From: a virus
Length of the DNA: 64,000 bases
UHGV virus genome: UHGV-0307316
Strand: one strand, 5' to 3'
The notes under the pieces were generated by a model. That model saw nothing but the letters and a program-made list of their open reading frames with translations. It made no database searches and was not told the DNA's origin. Positions 24,841 to 35,857 of this stretch are shown here, piece by piece. How positions within the stretch are numbered: the stretch's first letter is position 1; every line of letters starts with the position of its first letter. Both the position numbers and the translations under genes were made by a program.

Positions 24841-26442
24841 ATGGACTTAAATGCTGTTAAGCAGAAGCGAGTGGAAGATGTTAGGAAAGTCCTAGCTGGA
24901 GAGTTGGGGCTTTCTGATGAAGTAAAAGAAATTATTAAATCATTCGGTAAAGACCCCTCTAAATTCCTTCCAACTCAAATTCTGACTTTATTAAGATACA
25001 CACCAGACCAAGTTCGCCTTATCTTTAAATTGATGACTGATAAGAACTATGTAGCCCCTCAGCCGGGTTCTCAAGAGGTCTTTTTAAATACTAATGCTGA
25101 CTTGGTACTCTATGGTGGTGCTGCTGGTGCTGGTAAGACTGCCGCATTGTTAATGGACTCTTTAAGATTTATTGAAGACCCTAACTATAATGCTGTATAT
25201 TTCCGTCGAAATACAACACAGTTACAAGGTGGTTTATGGCCTGCTGCAAAGAAACTATTTGGTAAGTTTGGTGGAATTCCTCACGAGCAGAAGATGACTA
25301 TCACATTCCCTTCTGGGGCAACTATCAAGTTTACCTATCTAGAACTTGAAAAGCACGCTGAAGGTCATCAGGGTATTGAATACTCAGCTATTTACTTTGA
25401 CGAAGGCACACACTTCTCTGCTTCACAGATTTCATACCTACAAACCCGTCTACGTTCTGGTGCTGAAGGCGATTCATACATGAAGATTTCCATGAACCCA
25501 GACAGAGACCACTTTATTTACGATTGGGTAGAGCCATTCTTAGATGAAGAAGGCTACCCAGACCCTGAAAAATGTGGTCGTATTCGTTGGTATGTGATGA
25601 ACGATGGTGTGATGGTTTCTGATTGGGAGAGAGACAAGATTCTTGAAATGTTCCCCCTTGAGATTCCTCAAACATACACCTTTATTTCTGGTACGATTGA
25701 TGATAACCCAATCCTTGACTTCTTAGAGCCTAAGTACCGTGGTAAGTTGGAAAACAACACTCCTGTAAACGTTGCAAGACTTCGTTTCGGTAACTGGAAG
25801 GCTCGTGCAGAAGGTTCAAACTATTGGCAAAGACAATGGTGTGAAATTGTTGATTCACTCCCAGAAGATGTATTTGATGTTAGAGCATGGGACTTAGCAG
25901 CAACTTTACCATCTGAGATTAACCCTAATCCAGACTGGACAGCAGGTGTTAAGATGGGTAAATCTAAAAAAGACGGTTGCTATTATATCATTGATGTAGT
26001 AAGATTTAGAGATAGACCCTCTGGAGTCGAAACACAAATTAATTTGACTGCTGAAAGTGACGGTAAGCGAACTGGTATTTTTATCCCTCAAGACCCAGGC
26101 GCTGCTGGTAAATCCTACGCAACATCCCTCATCAGGAAACTTGCCGAGAAAGGTTATCGAGCAAGAGCCAAACCAACAAATAAAGATAAAGTTACCCGCT
26201 TTGCGGGATTTTCTGCTGCTTCTGAAGCTGGACTTGTAAAAGTCTTGAGAGGTAGTTGGAATGAAGCTTACTTTCAAGAACTTGAAGGCTTTTGTGGTGA
26301 CGGTAAAACTAAAGATGACCAAGTGGATGCTACCAGTGATGCTTTCAACAGTCTTAACGAAGTTAAATTATTCAAGCCACCATCAATGGGTGCTCACACA
26401 GATTTAGTGAGAGGAAACCCATATGAGGGGCTTAGACGTTGA
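24841..26442 (+). CDS. terminase large subunit
   Basis: Walker A-like LYGGAAGAGKTAALL near N-terminus, C-terminal nuclease-like acidic residues; GGAGGTG RBS before ATG 24841. Confidence 0.8.
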   Translation: MDLNAVKQKRVEDVRKVLAGELGLSDEVKEIIKSFGKDPSKFLPTQILTLLRYTPDQVRLIFKLMTDKNYVAPQPGSQEVFLNTNADLVLYGGAAGAGKTAALLMDSLRFIEDPNYNAVYFRRNTTQLQGGLWPAAKKLFGKFGGIPHEQKMTITFPSGATIKFTYLELEKHAEGHQGIEYSAIYFDEGTHFSASQISYLQTRLRSGAEGDSYMKISMNPDRDHFIYDWVEPFLDEEGYPDPEKCGRIRWYVMNDGVMVSDWERDKILEMFPLEIPQTYTFISGTIDDNPILDFLEPKYRGKLENNTPVNVARLRFGNWKARAEGSNYWQRQWCEIVDSLPEDVFDVRAWDLAATLPSEINPNPDWTAGVKMGKSKKDGCYYIIDVVRFRDRPSGVETQINLTAESDGKRTGIFIPQDPGAAGKSYATSLIRKLAEKGYRARAKPTNKDKVTRFAGFSAASEAGLVKVLRGSWNEAYFQELEGFCGDGKTKDDQVDATSDAFNSLNEVKLFKPPSMGAHTDLVRGNPYEGLRR

Positions 26443-26458
26443 TAGCTAGGTGAGAAGA

Positions 26459-27925
26459 ATGGCAGATATTACAGAAACACAAGAAAGCTTACCACCATTT
26501 AGAATGGGTGAAGTAGGTTCTTTGGGTCTGAAGGTTAAGAATGGAAGAATCTATGAAGAACCTCGTCAGGCACTAAGGTTCCCTGAAAGTATTAAAACTT
26601 TCCAATTAATGATGCGTGACCCTGCTGTAGCAGCATCTGTAAATATTATTAAGATGTTTGTCAGAAAAGTCAACTGGAGATTCGTACCTCCAAAGGGAAA
26701 AGAGCAAGACCCTAAAATGCTTGAAAGAGCAGACTTCTTTAATTCTTTAATGGATGACATGGAGCATGATTGGGCAGATTTTATTAATTCTGTAATGTCA
26801 TTCTGCACTTATGGGTTCTGTGTTAACGAGAAAGTTTATAAGAAGCGACAGGGTAAAAAAGGAAAGTACCAGTCAAAATTTGATGATGGTCTAATTGGAT
26901 GGGCTAAATTACCAATCAGAAACCAATCAACACTTGATAAGTGGTATTTTGACGAAGACTTTAGAAAAGTTACTGGTGTTAGACAGAATCTGAGAAATGT
27001 TTCACATATTGCTGGAGCAATTAATCTCGGAGAAAGGCCACTAACAAGAAAACTTCCACGAGCTAAATTCATGCTGTTTAAGTATGATGATGAATATGGA
27101 AACCCAGAAGGTCGTTCACCATTACTTAATGCCTATGTACCGTGGAAGTATAAAGTTCAGATTGAAGAGTACGAAGCCGTTGGTGTTTCAAGAGACTTGG
27201 TAGGTATGCCAAAGATTGGTTTACCACCAGATTATCTGGATGAAAATGCAGAACCTGAAAAGAAAGCTTTCGTACAATACTGCAAAACTGTTGTTAACGA
27301 TATGATTGCTAATGATAGAGCAGGTTTAATCTGGCCTAGATATATCGACCCAGATACTAAAGAGGATATTTTCGAGTTCTCATTAGTTTCTAGACAGGGT
27401 GCTAAAGCATACGATACAGGTTCTATTATTGACAGATATTCCAAGCAGATTATGATGGCATTTATGTCAGATGTTCTTGCTATGGGTCAGTCAAAATATG
27501 GTTCATTCTCTCTTGCAGATTCTAAGACAAGCTTACTAGCAATGTCAGTGGATATTCTGCTGAAGCAAATTAAGAACGTAATTAACCGTGATTTAGTTGC
27601 ACAGACTTATGCTCTTAATATGTGGGACGATGAAGAACATGTACAAATCACTTATGATGATATCGAAACTCCAGACCTTGAAGCAATTGGTTCTTATATC
27701 CAGAAGACTGTTGCAGTAGGTGCTTTGGAAGTTGACAAAGAGCTATCTAACAAGCTTAGAGAGCATATTGGTCTTCCTCCTGCTGATGAGTCTCAACCAG
27801 TATCTGAAAAGCTTTCTCCAAATAGTCAAAGCCGTTCAGGAGATGGTTATAAGACCGCTGGAGAAGGTACTGCAAAGACACCTTCAGCGAAAGACCCAAG
27901 CACAGCAAATAAGGCAAATAAATAA
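26459..27925 (+). CDS. portal protein (putative)
   Basis: About 490-aa ORF immediately after terminase, acidic C-terminus; assignment by size and position. Confidence 0.6.
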   Translation: MADITETQESLPPFRMGEVGSLGLKVKNGRIYEEPRQALRFPESIKTFQLMMRDPAVAASVNIIKMFVRKVNWRFVPPKGKEQDPKMLERADFFNSLMDDMEHDWADFINSVMSFCTYGFCVNEKVYKKRQGKKGKYQSKFDDGLIGWAKLPIRNQSTLDKWYFDEDFRKVTGVRQNLRNVSHIAGAINLGERPLTRKLPRAKFMLFKYDDEYGNPEGRSPLLNAYVPWKYKVQIEEYEAVGVSRDLVGMPKIGLPPDYLDENAEPEKKAFVQYCKTVVNDMIANDRAGLIWPRYIDPDTKEDIFEFSLVSRQGAKAYDTGSIIDRYSKQIMMAFMSDVLAMGQSKYGSFSLADSKTSLLAMSVDILLKQIKNVINRDLVAQTYALNMWDDEEHVQITYDDIETPDLEAIGSYIQKTVAVGALEVDKELSNKLREHIGLPPADESQPVSEKLSPNSQSRSGDGYKTAGEGTAKTPSAKDPSTANKANK

Positions 27926-28425
27926 TGGCTGAAGTTATCTCTATTTCAAATGCTACACGAGTGCATTCGTATAGAGGTGTTCTTATTATCACTGACAAAT
28001 TATCTGTAGGGGCTGGCTCAAGGGTCAGCCTTTCAGGTTATGTAAGTGATGGTGGAACCTCTGACGTTTTCACTATTTGTAGGTTACTTGATTCTCCAAT
28101 GAGTGGAAAACCGTTTATTTCAGGAAATTGTAGTGAAATTGTTAAAATTCCATTTGACAGTTCATGCCTTTTGGGTGTAAAGTTATATAACTGCGAGAAT
28201 AAACGTATCAATGTTAATAGCATTGAAGCCGCTTTCATTACCCTCGACACTGCATTTCAATCTCCAATGACAGTTAATAAAGAAACAAACAGACTTGAAT
28301 ACATTTTTTCACAAAATGATTACAAAGTACTTGTCAAAGGCAAAGTATATGATATGATTGTAAATGTGGTAGATGAATCTGGTAACCATTCAACAGTCCT
28401 TAAACAAAAAGTAAGGTTTAATTAA
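27925..28425 (+). CDS. hypothetical head-module protein
   Basis: ORF, coupled start/stop. Confidence 0.5.
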   Translation: MAEVISISNATRVHSYRGVLIITDKLSVGAGSRVSLSGYVSDGGTSDVFTICRLLDSPMSGKPFISGNCSEIVKIPFDSSCLLGVKLYNCENKRINVNSIEAAFITLDTAFQSPMTVNKETNRLEYIFSQNDYKVLVKGKVYDMIVNVVDESGNHSTVLKQKVRFN

Positions 28426-28757
28426 TGGGAACATTAACTATTGATGGTAAGAATAAAATCCTCGCCACGCTAACCCCAACGACTATTATTTTACACAATG
28501 TAGACCCAACGGCAGACCCTACAGCAAATAAGGTTACTCAGCCAGTGGCTATTTATTTTTCTGAACCGGATAATGGCTTAATTGCCTCAGAAGATACAGT
28601 TAATATTACTGTTCCAGCTTCTGCAACGGTCTCACACTATAGCTTGTGGGATGCTAACGATAAATGCGTGGCAACTGGTGCTCTTAGCAAACCTCAATTC
28701 TTTGCTGAAGAAGGTATCTATGTTATCTCTTCAGTCTCTGTAGATTTAAACAAATAG
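28425..28757 (+). CDS. hypothetical head-module protein
   Basis: ORF, coupled start/stop. Confidence 0.5.
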   Translation: MGTLTIDGKNKILATLTPTTIILHNVDPTADPTANKVTQPVAIYFSEPDNGLIASEDTVNITVPASATVSHYSLWDANDKCVATGALSKPQFFAEEGIYVISSVSVDLNK

Positions 28758-28768
28758 GGTGAGTAAAA

Positions 28769-30115
28769 ATGAGTTCGAATATCTTCAGACTTGCTGATAG
28801 ATTATTCAACCAACCTTTACTAGCCACTGAATCATTAGCTCACTCAGCAGCAACTTATGTGAATAACAGATTGCTGGGTGATGTCCAAGCAGCAGTAAAC
28901 TTTGATAAACCCAAAGGTGAAGCAAGAAGTCTTTTAAAAGTAAAAGATGACATTGCTATTATTCCTATTATGGGTGGTTTAACCCATCGTATGACATTCA
29001 TTGATGCAATGTGTACAGGTGGATTAAGCTCTTATGAAGGTTTGCGTAGAGGCTTTGACGAAGCTTTAGCAGATGAGTCAATCAAGACTATTGTTCTGCA
29101 CATCGATTCTGGTGGTGGTGAAGCTTCAGGTTGCTTTGAATTAGCACGTCACATTATGGCTTCAAGAGGCCAAAAGAAAATTATTGCTTATGTAGATGAG
29201 TTCGCTTGTTCCGCTGCATACGCTCTTGCATCTTCTGCTGAAGAAATTATTGCATCACCAGATGCAGATGTTGGTTCTATTGGTGTAATTATGGTTCATC
29301 AGGAATTAACTAAGGCATTTGAAAAGAATGGCGTAACAATTAACGTCATCAAAGCTGGTGAGTTTAAAGGTATGGGTTCACCATTCCAAGCACTCTCAGA
29401 AGAAAGCAAAGAAAGACTTCAAAAGAGAATTAATGATACCTACGCAACCTTTACAGGTTTTGTAGCCGAATCTCGTAATCTCTCTGAAGAAGCTGTAAAG
29501 AATACTGAGGCGAATGTTTATTCTGCTCAGGAAGCTCTTGAACTTGGTTTAATTAACTCAATCATGTCTCAAGATGATTTCTTAAATTACTTACAAGGTT
29601 CTGAAGAGGCTCCTGTAAGTTTAAACGTTAACAATTCAGGTGAAGAAATGACTGAACAAGAAAAGCAAGAACTAGAAGCTTTGCGTCTTCAGGTTGCTCA
29701 AATGAAAGCTAAAGAACAGGAAGCTGCTTTGTCAGATTTGACTAATAAGATTTCTGCTTCTGCTGAAGCTTTTGGATTTGATGCAAAAGAAGCTGCAACG
29801 ACTATTTTAGGTGCTGGTCTTGACAACCCTCTGAGTGTTCTGTTTATGAATGCTATGGAAGGTGCTAACCAGAAACTTAATGAAACTATCGCGTCCCATG
29901 CTTCTGCAATGGAAGAAAAAGAATCAGAAATTACCAAGCTGAAAGAAACTGCTGGTGCTGTTCTTGAACATTCCAATGCTATGGAAGAAATGGGTAATGA
30001 CGGCGAAGCTGATTTGGTTGAAGAAGAAAAAGAACCAGCTAAGAATGCTTCCGAAGACACCGCTGAACAACGCAAACTGGCTCTCCAGAATGCTCTAAAA
30101 TCTCTTATTAAATAA
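28769..30115 (+). CDS. prohead protease (S49/ClpP-like) fused to scaffold-like C-terminus
   Basis: Ser-protease core (HIDSGGGEASG, AYVDEFACSAAYALA); C-terminal 150 aa Ala/Glu-rich coiled-coil-like. Confidence 0.7.
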   Translation: MSSNIFRLADRLFNQPLLATESLAHSAATYVNNRLLGDVQAAVNFDKPKGEARSLLKVKDDIAIIPIMGGLTHRMTFIDAMCTGGLSSYEGLRRGFDEALADESIKTIVLHIDSGGGEASGCFELARHIMASRGQKKIIAYVDEFACSAAYALASSAEEIIASPDADVGSIGVIMVHQELTKAFEKNGVTINVIKAGEFKGMGSPFQALSEESKERLQKRINDTYATFTGFVAESRNLSEEAVKNTEANVYSAQEALELGLINSIMSQDDFLNYLQGSEEAPVSLNVNNSGEEMTEQEKQELEALRLQVAQMKAKEQEAALSDLTNKISASAEAFGFDAKEAATTILGAGLDNPLSVLFMNAMEGANQKLNETIASHASAMEEKESEITKLKETAGAVLEHSNAMEEMGNDGEADLVEEEKEPAKNASEDTAEQRKLALQNALKSLIK

Positions 30116-30126
30116 GGAACACAATA

Positions 30127-30504
30127 ATGGCATATCAAGGTTTTACTAAGTTAGGTAACAGAGAACCTCTGAATGATATCATTCTTTGGGAACAGGTTAC
30201 CCCAACAGGCCACTCTCGTAAAGAGTATACTCCAAAAGCTTCTACAGAATACCGTGTAGGTGAAGTTCTGAAAGCAGATGGCTCTAAAGTTGCAGCAGGA
30301 GAAGAAGCTCAGGCTGATTCTGTATGTATCGTTAACTTTTATGCAGACCTGCAACTGTCTTACCACGGTCAGTTGAAAGTGGTTGGTATTTACCGCGACG
30401 CAGAACTGAAAGACATGCTTACTCTTGAGTCAGATGTTGATGCTGATGAAGTCAAGAAAGCACTGGCTGCTAAAGGTATTGATTTCGTACCAACTGGCCT
30501 GTAA
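30127..30504 (+). CDS. head decoration-like protein (putative)
   Basis: 125-aa ORF between protease and capsid gene, as in lambda C-D-E order. Confidence 0.4.
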   Translation: MAYQGFTKLGNREPLNDIILWEQVTPTGHSRKEYTPKASTEYRVGEVLKADGSKVAAGEEAQADSVCIVNFYADLQLSYHGQLKVVGIYRDAELKDMLTLESDVDADEVKKALAAKGIDFVPTGL

Positions 30505-30537
30505 TAACAATAATAAGACATTCTGGAGAATTTTACA

Positions 30538-31644
30538 ATGTTGACTAATTCTGAAAAAAGCAGATTTTTCCTTGCTGACCTGACTGGTGAAGTCCAGTCT
30601 ATCCCAAATACTTATGGGTATATTTCCAACTTAGGTCTGTTCCGTTCAGCACCAATCACCCAAACTACTTTCCTTATGGACTTGACTGATTGGGATGTTA
30701 GCTTGCTTGATGCGGTAGACCGTGATAGCCGTAAAGCAGAGACTAGCGCACCTGAGCGTGTTCGTCAAATCAGCTTCCCAATGATGTACTTCAAAGAAGT
30801 TGAAAGCATCACTCCTGATGAAATTCAGGGTGTACGTCAGCCAGGCACTGCAAACGAACTGACTACTGAAGCTGTAGTACGTGCTAAGAAGCTGATGAAG
30901 ATTCGTACCAAGTTCGATATTACTCGTGAGTTCCTGTTTATGCAAGCTCTGAAGGGTAAAGTTGTTGATGCTCGTGGTACGCTGTATGCTGACCTGTACA
31001 AGCAGTTCAACGTTGAGAAGAAGACTGTTCACTTCGACCTTGACAACCCTAATGCTGACATCGACGCTTCTATTGAAGAACTGCGTATGCACATGGAAGA
31101 CGAAGCGAAGACTGGCACTGTAATCAACGGTGAAGAAATTCACGTAGTTGTTGACCGTGTGTTCTTCAGCAAACTGACTAAACACCCTAAGATTCGTGAC
31201 GCTTATCTTGCACAGCAGACTCCGCTGGCTTGGCAACAGATTACTGGTTCTCTGAGAACTGGTGGTACTGACGGCGTTCAGGCTCATATGAACACTTTCT
31301 ACTACGGTGGTGTTAAGTTTGTCCAGTACAACGGTAAGTTCAAAGACAAGCGTGGCAAGGTTCACACTCTGGTGAGCATTGATAGCGTAGCAGACACTGT
31401 TGGTGTTGGTCATGCTTTCCCTAACGTTTCTATGCTGGGTGAAGCAAACAACATCTTCGAAGTGGCTTATGGCCCATGTCCTAAGATGGGTTATGCAAAT
31501 ACACTTGGTCAGGAACTGTACGTATTCGAATACGAAAAAGACCGTGACGAAGGTATTGACTTTGAAGCTCACTCTTACATGCTGCCATACTGTACTCGTC
31601 CTCAGTTGCTGGTAGATGTTCGCGCTGACGCCAAAGGTGGCTGA
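30538..31644 (+). CDS. major capsid protein (putative)
   Basis: 368-aa ORF after protease/decoration genes; highly biased codon usage; strong RBS. Confidence 0.65.
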   Translation: MLTNSEKSRFFLADLTGEVQSIPNTYGYISNLGLFRSAPITQTTFLMDLTDWDVSLLDAVDRDSRKAETSAPERVRQISFPMMYFKEVESITPDEIQGVRQPGTANELTTEAVVRAKKLMKIRTKFDITREFLFMQALKGKVVDARGTLYADLYKQFNVEKKTVHFDLDNPNADIDASIEELRMHMEDEAKTGTVINGEEIHVVVDRVFFSKLTKHPKIRDAYLAQQTPLAWQQITGSLRTGGTDGVQAHMNTFYYGGVKFVQYNGKFKDKRGKVHTLVSIDSVADTVGVGHAFPNVSMLGEANNIFEVAYGPCPKMGYANTLGQELYVFEYEKDRDEGIDFEAHSYMLPYCTRPQLLVDVRADAKGG

Positions 31645-31664
31645 TAAATTTAGGAGGGTTATGA

Positions 31665-32114
31665 ATGTGTTATACAGGCGACCCAGCCAATAACCCTCTT
31701 GATAGAGTAAGAATCCTCTGCACAGACACTAATAATGATGAAATCCTTATTGAGCAGTCTGTGCTAGAGTGGTTCTATCTAGAATCTGGAAAGGATGAAA
31801 AGAAAGCAGCCATCAAAGCTCTTAAATATTTACTCTTTCAAGTAGCCAAGATGGGAGATGAGAAGGTTGGTGGTGTTTATTTACGTAACTCTTCCAGATT
31901 CAAATCTCTGAAAGCTGTTTATGACGACCTTGTTAAAAGCTCTGTTTCAGGACTACCCTATGCAGGTGGTATTAATCAGTGTGATATTGACATGCGTCGT
32001 CAGAATCCTTGCTCTGTCAAGAAATACACAGAATATGGTGATGCTGCCAGATACGAAGGCAGAGATTACTGCAACCGTGTTAATGGCGTATTTATTATCG
32101 AGCGAGATGAATAA
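31665..32114 (+). CDS. hypothetical head-tail joining protein
   Basis: ORF in structural module. Confidence 0.45.
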   Translation: MCYTGDPANNPLDRVRILCTDTNNDEILIEQSVLEWFYLESGKDEKKAAIKALKYLLFQVAKMGDEKVGGVYLRNSSRFKSLKAVYDDLVKSSVSGLPYAGGINQCDIDMRRQNPCSVKKYTEYGDAARYEGRDYCNRVNGVFIIERDE

Positions 32115-32596
32115 TGGTTAAAAGGGTTATTCACCCCGCGAGAGCAAAATTAGTCGGGGCTATGAAGAACTTGCAAACGGCTAATGCTCAAGTTGGGTAT
32201 TTTCAAGAACAAGGTCAACATAGCTCTGGTTTTTCTTATCCTGCTTTAATGTATTTACAAGAAGTTATTGGGGTTCCTTCAGCTTCTGGTAAAGTATATC
32301 GTAGGTTGTTTGAAATCACTATGATGCTAAACAAACAGACCTTGTTAGAGCAGACTAAGAAGAATCTATATAAGCAACTTAGCAGTCTCAACACAGACCC
32401 TTCAAATACCTTAGAAGCATTTGCAAAGAATACTCAAAAGGTAATTAAAAGGGGTTTTGGTAATTCTGCTATCCTCCCTCCTAACGCACCTTCCACAGTC
32501 AAGAAAAAAGGCTTTAACGCACCTCTTGTTGAGACAGGTGACTTAAGAGATAACCTTGCTTATAAAATTTCTACTAAGAAGGGTATTAAAAAATGA
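32114..32596 (+). CDS. hypothetical head-tail joining protein
   Basis: ORF in structural module. Confidence 0.45.
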   Translation: MVKRVIHPARAKLVGAMKNLQTANAQVGYFQEQGQHSSGFSYPALMYLQEVIGVPSASGKVYRRLFEITMMLNKQTLLEQTKKNLYKQLSSLNTDPSNTLEAFAKNTQKVIKRGFGNSAILPPNAPSTVKKKGFNAPLVETGDLRDNLAYKISTKKGIKK

Positions 32597-32994
32597 GACT
32601 CTTAAACAGACACAGCTTTGTAGTAAAGCGTAAAGTCTCTGAAGATGGTTATTATAATGATGATGGTGATTGGGTAGCTTCACAAGATATTGTAGAGGTT
32701 AACTGTAAAGGTAATATTCAGCCATATATCAAAGGTTCTGTAAAGAATGGTACACAGATTGCTTTACCGGAAGGTATTAGGCTTACCGATACAAGAATCC
32801 TGTATACCACATATAAGCTTAGAACTTCAGATGATGTAGAGTGGAATGAGTCTGACATTGTTATGATTGATGGTCATGAGTATGAAGTATTTATGACTAT
32901 GGATTGGTCACAGCAATTAGCCCATACATCCCATTATGAATATATCATTATTAGAAGGGATAAAATGAATGCAGTTAGAAACAGCAGAACTTGA
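32593..32994 (+). CDS. hypothetical head-tail joining protein
   Basis: ORF in structural module. Confidence 0.45.
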   Translation: MRLLNRHSFVVKRKVSEDGYYNDDGDWVASQDIVEVNCKGNIQPYIKGSVKNGTQIALPEGIRLTDTRILYTTYKLRTSDDVEWNESDIVMIDGHEYEVFMTMDWSQQLAHTSHYEYIIIRRDKMNAVRNSRT

Positions 32995-33568
32995 AAAAGG
33001 TCTAGTTAGAACCTTAGTGGATGTTATTGGTCACAGATTAGCTCGTGATAAAAATAATAGACCAAACGTAATTAGAGCTTACCCTTCTGATAACTCAAAT
33101 GACAAAGGTTTAAAACCTGACCAGCCATTTATTACCGTATATTGTCAAGATGCTGCAACACCTTATGGTTGGGTTCTTGATAAGTTTGTTGAAGATGATG
33201 TAGCTTGTTACAGAATCGCTTTTCAGATTCCTGTATTGATTACGGTAAATGGTAAAGGTGCTCACAGTATTATGCTTGAGCTTAAACAAAGATTAGAGAT
33301 GAGTTCAGTCAGAGATTTAATCCTTGAAGAAACAGGAGCTACAGTATTAGACACTGGAGCAATCCCTAACGATTACACTTATCTCAATACAGATTTCGAA
33401 AATTCTGCGCCTCTTGTTGTAACTCTTGTAAAAAACTCAGTCCTGAAAGATGAACGTGGAAGTATTATTGAGCGTGTCATTGTTGATGGTGAGTTGGTTT
33501 ATGAAGAAGGGCAAGAGCCACCAGAATATACTATCCATCTAGATGTAGACTCCAAAGGGGTAAAATAA
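32969..33568 (+). CDS. hypothetical tail completion protein
   Basis: ORF in structural module. Confidence 0.45.
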   Translation: MQLETAELEKGLVRTLVDVIGHRLARDKNNRPNVIRAYPSDNSNDKGLKPDQPFITVYCQDAATPYGWVLDKFVEDDVACYRIAFQIPVLITVNGKGAHSIMLELKQRLEMSSVRDLILEETGATVLDTGAIPNDYTYLNTDFENSAPLVVTLVKNSVLKDERGSIIERVIVDGELVYEEGQEPPEYTIHLDVDSKGVK

Positions 33569-34921
33569 ATGTGGAATCCAATTGTTAATGTAGATATTAC
33601 ATTGAACACCGCAGGAACTACAAGAGAAGGTTTTGGTTTGCCACTATTCTTAGCTTCAACAGATAACTTTGAAGAAAGAGTGCGTGGTTATACTTCCTTA
33701 ACTGAAGTTGCTGAAGATTTCGATGAGAATACTGCTGCATATAAGGCTGCTAAACAACTTTGGAGTCAGACTCCTAAAGTAACTCAGCTTTATATTGGTA
33801 GACGCGCTATGCAGTACACTGTATCAATTCCTGATGAGGTTACTGAGAGCACGGACTACTCAATTACTGTAGCTGTCGGTGGGGGAATGTCACAACCATT
33901 CCAGTACACCTCACAAGGTGAAGATACTGCCGAGAATGTATTACAACAGTTTAAAACACAGATTGAAGCTGACCAATCAATTAAAGATAAAGTTTCAGTC
34001 AATGTTACTGGTAGCAACGGTTCTGCCACAATGGTCATCTCCAAAGCTGGTGACAATGATTTCGTGAAGGTAACCACTACAGCACAAACTGTGTCTATTG
34101 CAAGCACAACTGCTGATACAGCGTCAACTGCTCTGGCAGCTATTGAAGCTTATTCTACCGACTGGTATTTCATTGCAGCAGAAGACAGAACTCAACAGTT
34201 TGTTTTGGCAATGGCTTCTGAGATTCAGGCTCGTAAGAAAATCTTCTTCACAGCTAACTCTGATGTAGCAGCACTGCAAGGTACAGAATTAAATAGTGCA
34301 AATGATGTTCCAGCACAGCTTGCTAAGAGTATGTATACTCGCACAGTTTGCTTGTGGCATCACACAGCGGCAGAAGATTATCCAGAGATGGCATATATTG
34401 CTTATGGCGCTCCATACGATGCAGGGTCAATTGCTTGGGGTAATGCTCAGTTGACTGGTGTAGCTGCTTCTTTACAGCCAGCTAATAAGAGACCTCTGAC
34501 AAGCATTCAGAAGTCAGCTTTAGATGTACGTCACTGTAACTTTATCGACCTTGATGGTGGTGTTCCAGTGGTTCGTAGAGGGATTACTTCTGGTGGGGAA
34601 TGGATTGATATCGTCCGTGGTGTTGACTGGTTAGAATCAGACCTGAAAACTTCTCTGAGAGACTTGCTAATTAACCAGAAGGGTGGTAAGATTACTTATG
34701 ATGATACTGGTATTACCCGTATTCGTCAAGTCATTGAAACCTCTCTACAAAGAGCAGTCAACAGAAACTTCCTGTCATCTTACACAGTTAATGTTCCTAA
34801 AGCCTCTCAAGTTGCTTTGGCAGACAAGAAAGCTCGTATCCTGAAAGATGTTACCTTCGCAGGTATCTTAGCAGGGGCTATCTTGGATGTTGACTTGAAA
34901 GGTACAGTGGCTTACGAATAA
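33569..34921 (+). CDS. tail sheath protein (putative)
   Basis: 450-aa ORF followed by a 148-aa ORF and a strong terminator, the usual sheath-tube pair. Confidence 0.5.
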   Translation: MWNPIVNVDITLNTAGTTREGFGLPLFLASTDNFEERVRGYTSLTEVAEDFDENTAAYKAAKQLWSQTPKVTQLYIGRRAMQYTVSIPDEVTESTDYSITVAVGGGMSQPFQYTSQGEDTAENVLQQFKTQIEADQSIKDKVSVNVTGSNGSATMVISKAGDNDFVKVTTTAQTVSIASTTADTASTALAAIEAYSTDWYFIAAEDRTQQFVLAMASEIQARKKIFFTANSDVAALQGTELNSANDVPAQLAKSMYTRTVCLWHHTAAEDYPEMAYIAYGAPYDAGSIAWGNAQLTGVAASLQPANKRPLTSIQKSALDVRHCNFIDLDGGVPVVRRGITSGGEWIDIVRGVDWLESDLKTSLRDLLINQKGGKITYDDTGITRIRQVIETSLQRAVNRNFLSSYTVNVPKASQVALADKKARILKDVTFAGILAGAILDVDLKGTVAYE

Positions 34922-34936
34922 TAGAGGTAAATTGGA

Positions 34937-35383
34937 ATGGCTATGTATCAGCAATATTCCCCTAAAGACGTTGTATGTAGCTGGAATGGTATTGCCATTG
35001 AAGGCTTTGCCCCAGACTCATTTTTACGTCTACAGAGAACATCACCACTTATCACACCAGTTGTAGGTGCAGGTGGTCAGGTTGCTCTGACAAGAAATGC
35101 AGACAAGACAGGTACTATTGAGATTGAGCTAATGCAGACTTCTCTCTCTAACCAGATGCTTTCTGCAATTCAAGCTAAACAAGACAACATGGAACTTGAA
35201 GAAGATATCTCTTCTAACTTCGTAATCTACGACCCATCAGGCTCTGTTCTGGCAACTGGTATTAATGCTTGGTTGCAGGAATTACCACAGATTGAACTTG
35301 GGCGTGACCAGAACTCTAAAACTTGGATTTTTGGTTGTGAGAAGCTAGACTACACTTCTACAATTCCAGCGTCAAGTGTTTAA
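34937..35383 (+). CDS. tail tube protein (putative)
   Basis: 148-aa ORF after sheath, followed by terminator 35396-35427. Confidence 0.5.
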   Translation: MAMYQQYSPKDVVCSWNGIAIEGFAPDSFLRLQRTSPLITPVVGAGGQVALTRNADKTGTIEIELMQTSLSNQMLSAIQAKQDNMELEEDISSNFVIYDPSGSVLATGINAWLQELPQIELGRDQNSKTWIFGCEKLDYTSTIPASSV

Positions 35384-35395
35384 TAAATCCTATAA

Positions 35396-35427
35396 GGGGG
35401 AGACTTTAAAAGGTCTTCCCCTTTTTT
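35396..35427 (+). terminator. rho-independent terminator after tail tube gene
   Basis: GGGGGAGACTTTAAAAGGTCTTCCCC followed by TTTTTT. Confidence 0.7.
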
Positions 35428-35456
35428 GTTTCTTTTAAAAGTATTAAGGAATCACA

Positions 35457-35855
35457 ATGAAAACAGAATCTAAAGTAATTAATGGTAAGAAAGTAAATAT
35501 CGTTCTGCTTGGGGCAAGAGATGGGATTAAGATGTCTATGAAGCTGGGTAAAATTGTTGTTCCAACATTTGCACAGATGCTATCAAGTCTGACTGATAAA
35601 GATAAGAAAGAAGCTCCAATGGTTCCATTTAAAGACCTTGTTGAAGCTTGTTTTGACAGAATTGAAGAAATTAACCTTGAAGAAATGGCTACCCTGTTAT
35701 TTCAAGGGGCAACTGTTGATGACTTCCCACTCAATATTGATACATACTTCCAAGCAAACTACGGTGAGTTTATTGATTACTTAGCATTTGCGCTGGAGGC
35801 AAACTTCGGAAGTTTTTTCGAAGCAAGCATTTTCAAAAGCCTAACTTCTCAGTAA
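35457..35855 (+). CDS. tail assembly chaperone (putative)
   Basis: Small acidic ORF directly upstream of tape measure gene. Confidence 0.45.
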   Translation: MKTESKVINGKKVNIVLLGARDGIKMSMKLGKIVVPTFAQMLSSLTDKDKKEAPMVPFKDLVEACFDRIEEINLEEMATLLFQGATVDDFPLNIDTYFQANYGEFIDYLAFALEANFGSFFEASIFKSLTSQ

Positions 35856-35857
35856 AC

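Noticed and set aside
30646-31572. 308-aa minus-strand ORF inside the major capsid gene
   Set aside because: Lies entirely antisense to a strongly codon-biased plus-strand gene, with no RBS and a low-complexity product; shadow ORF.
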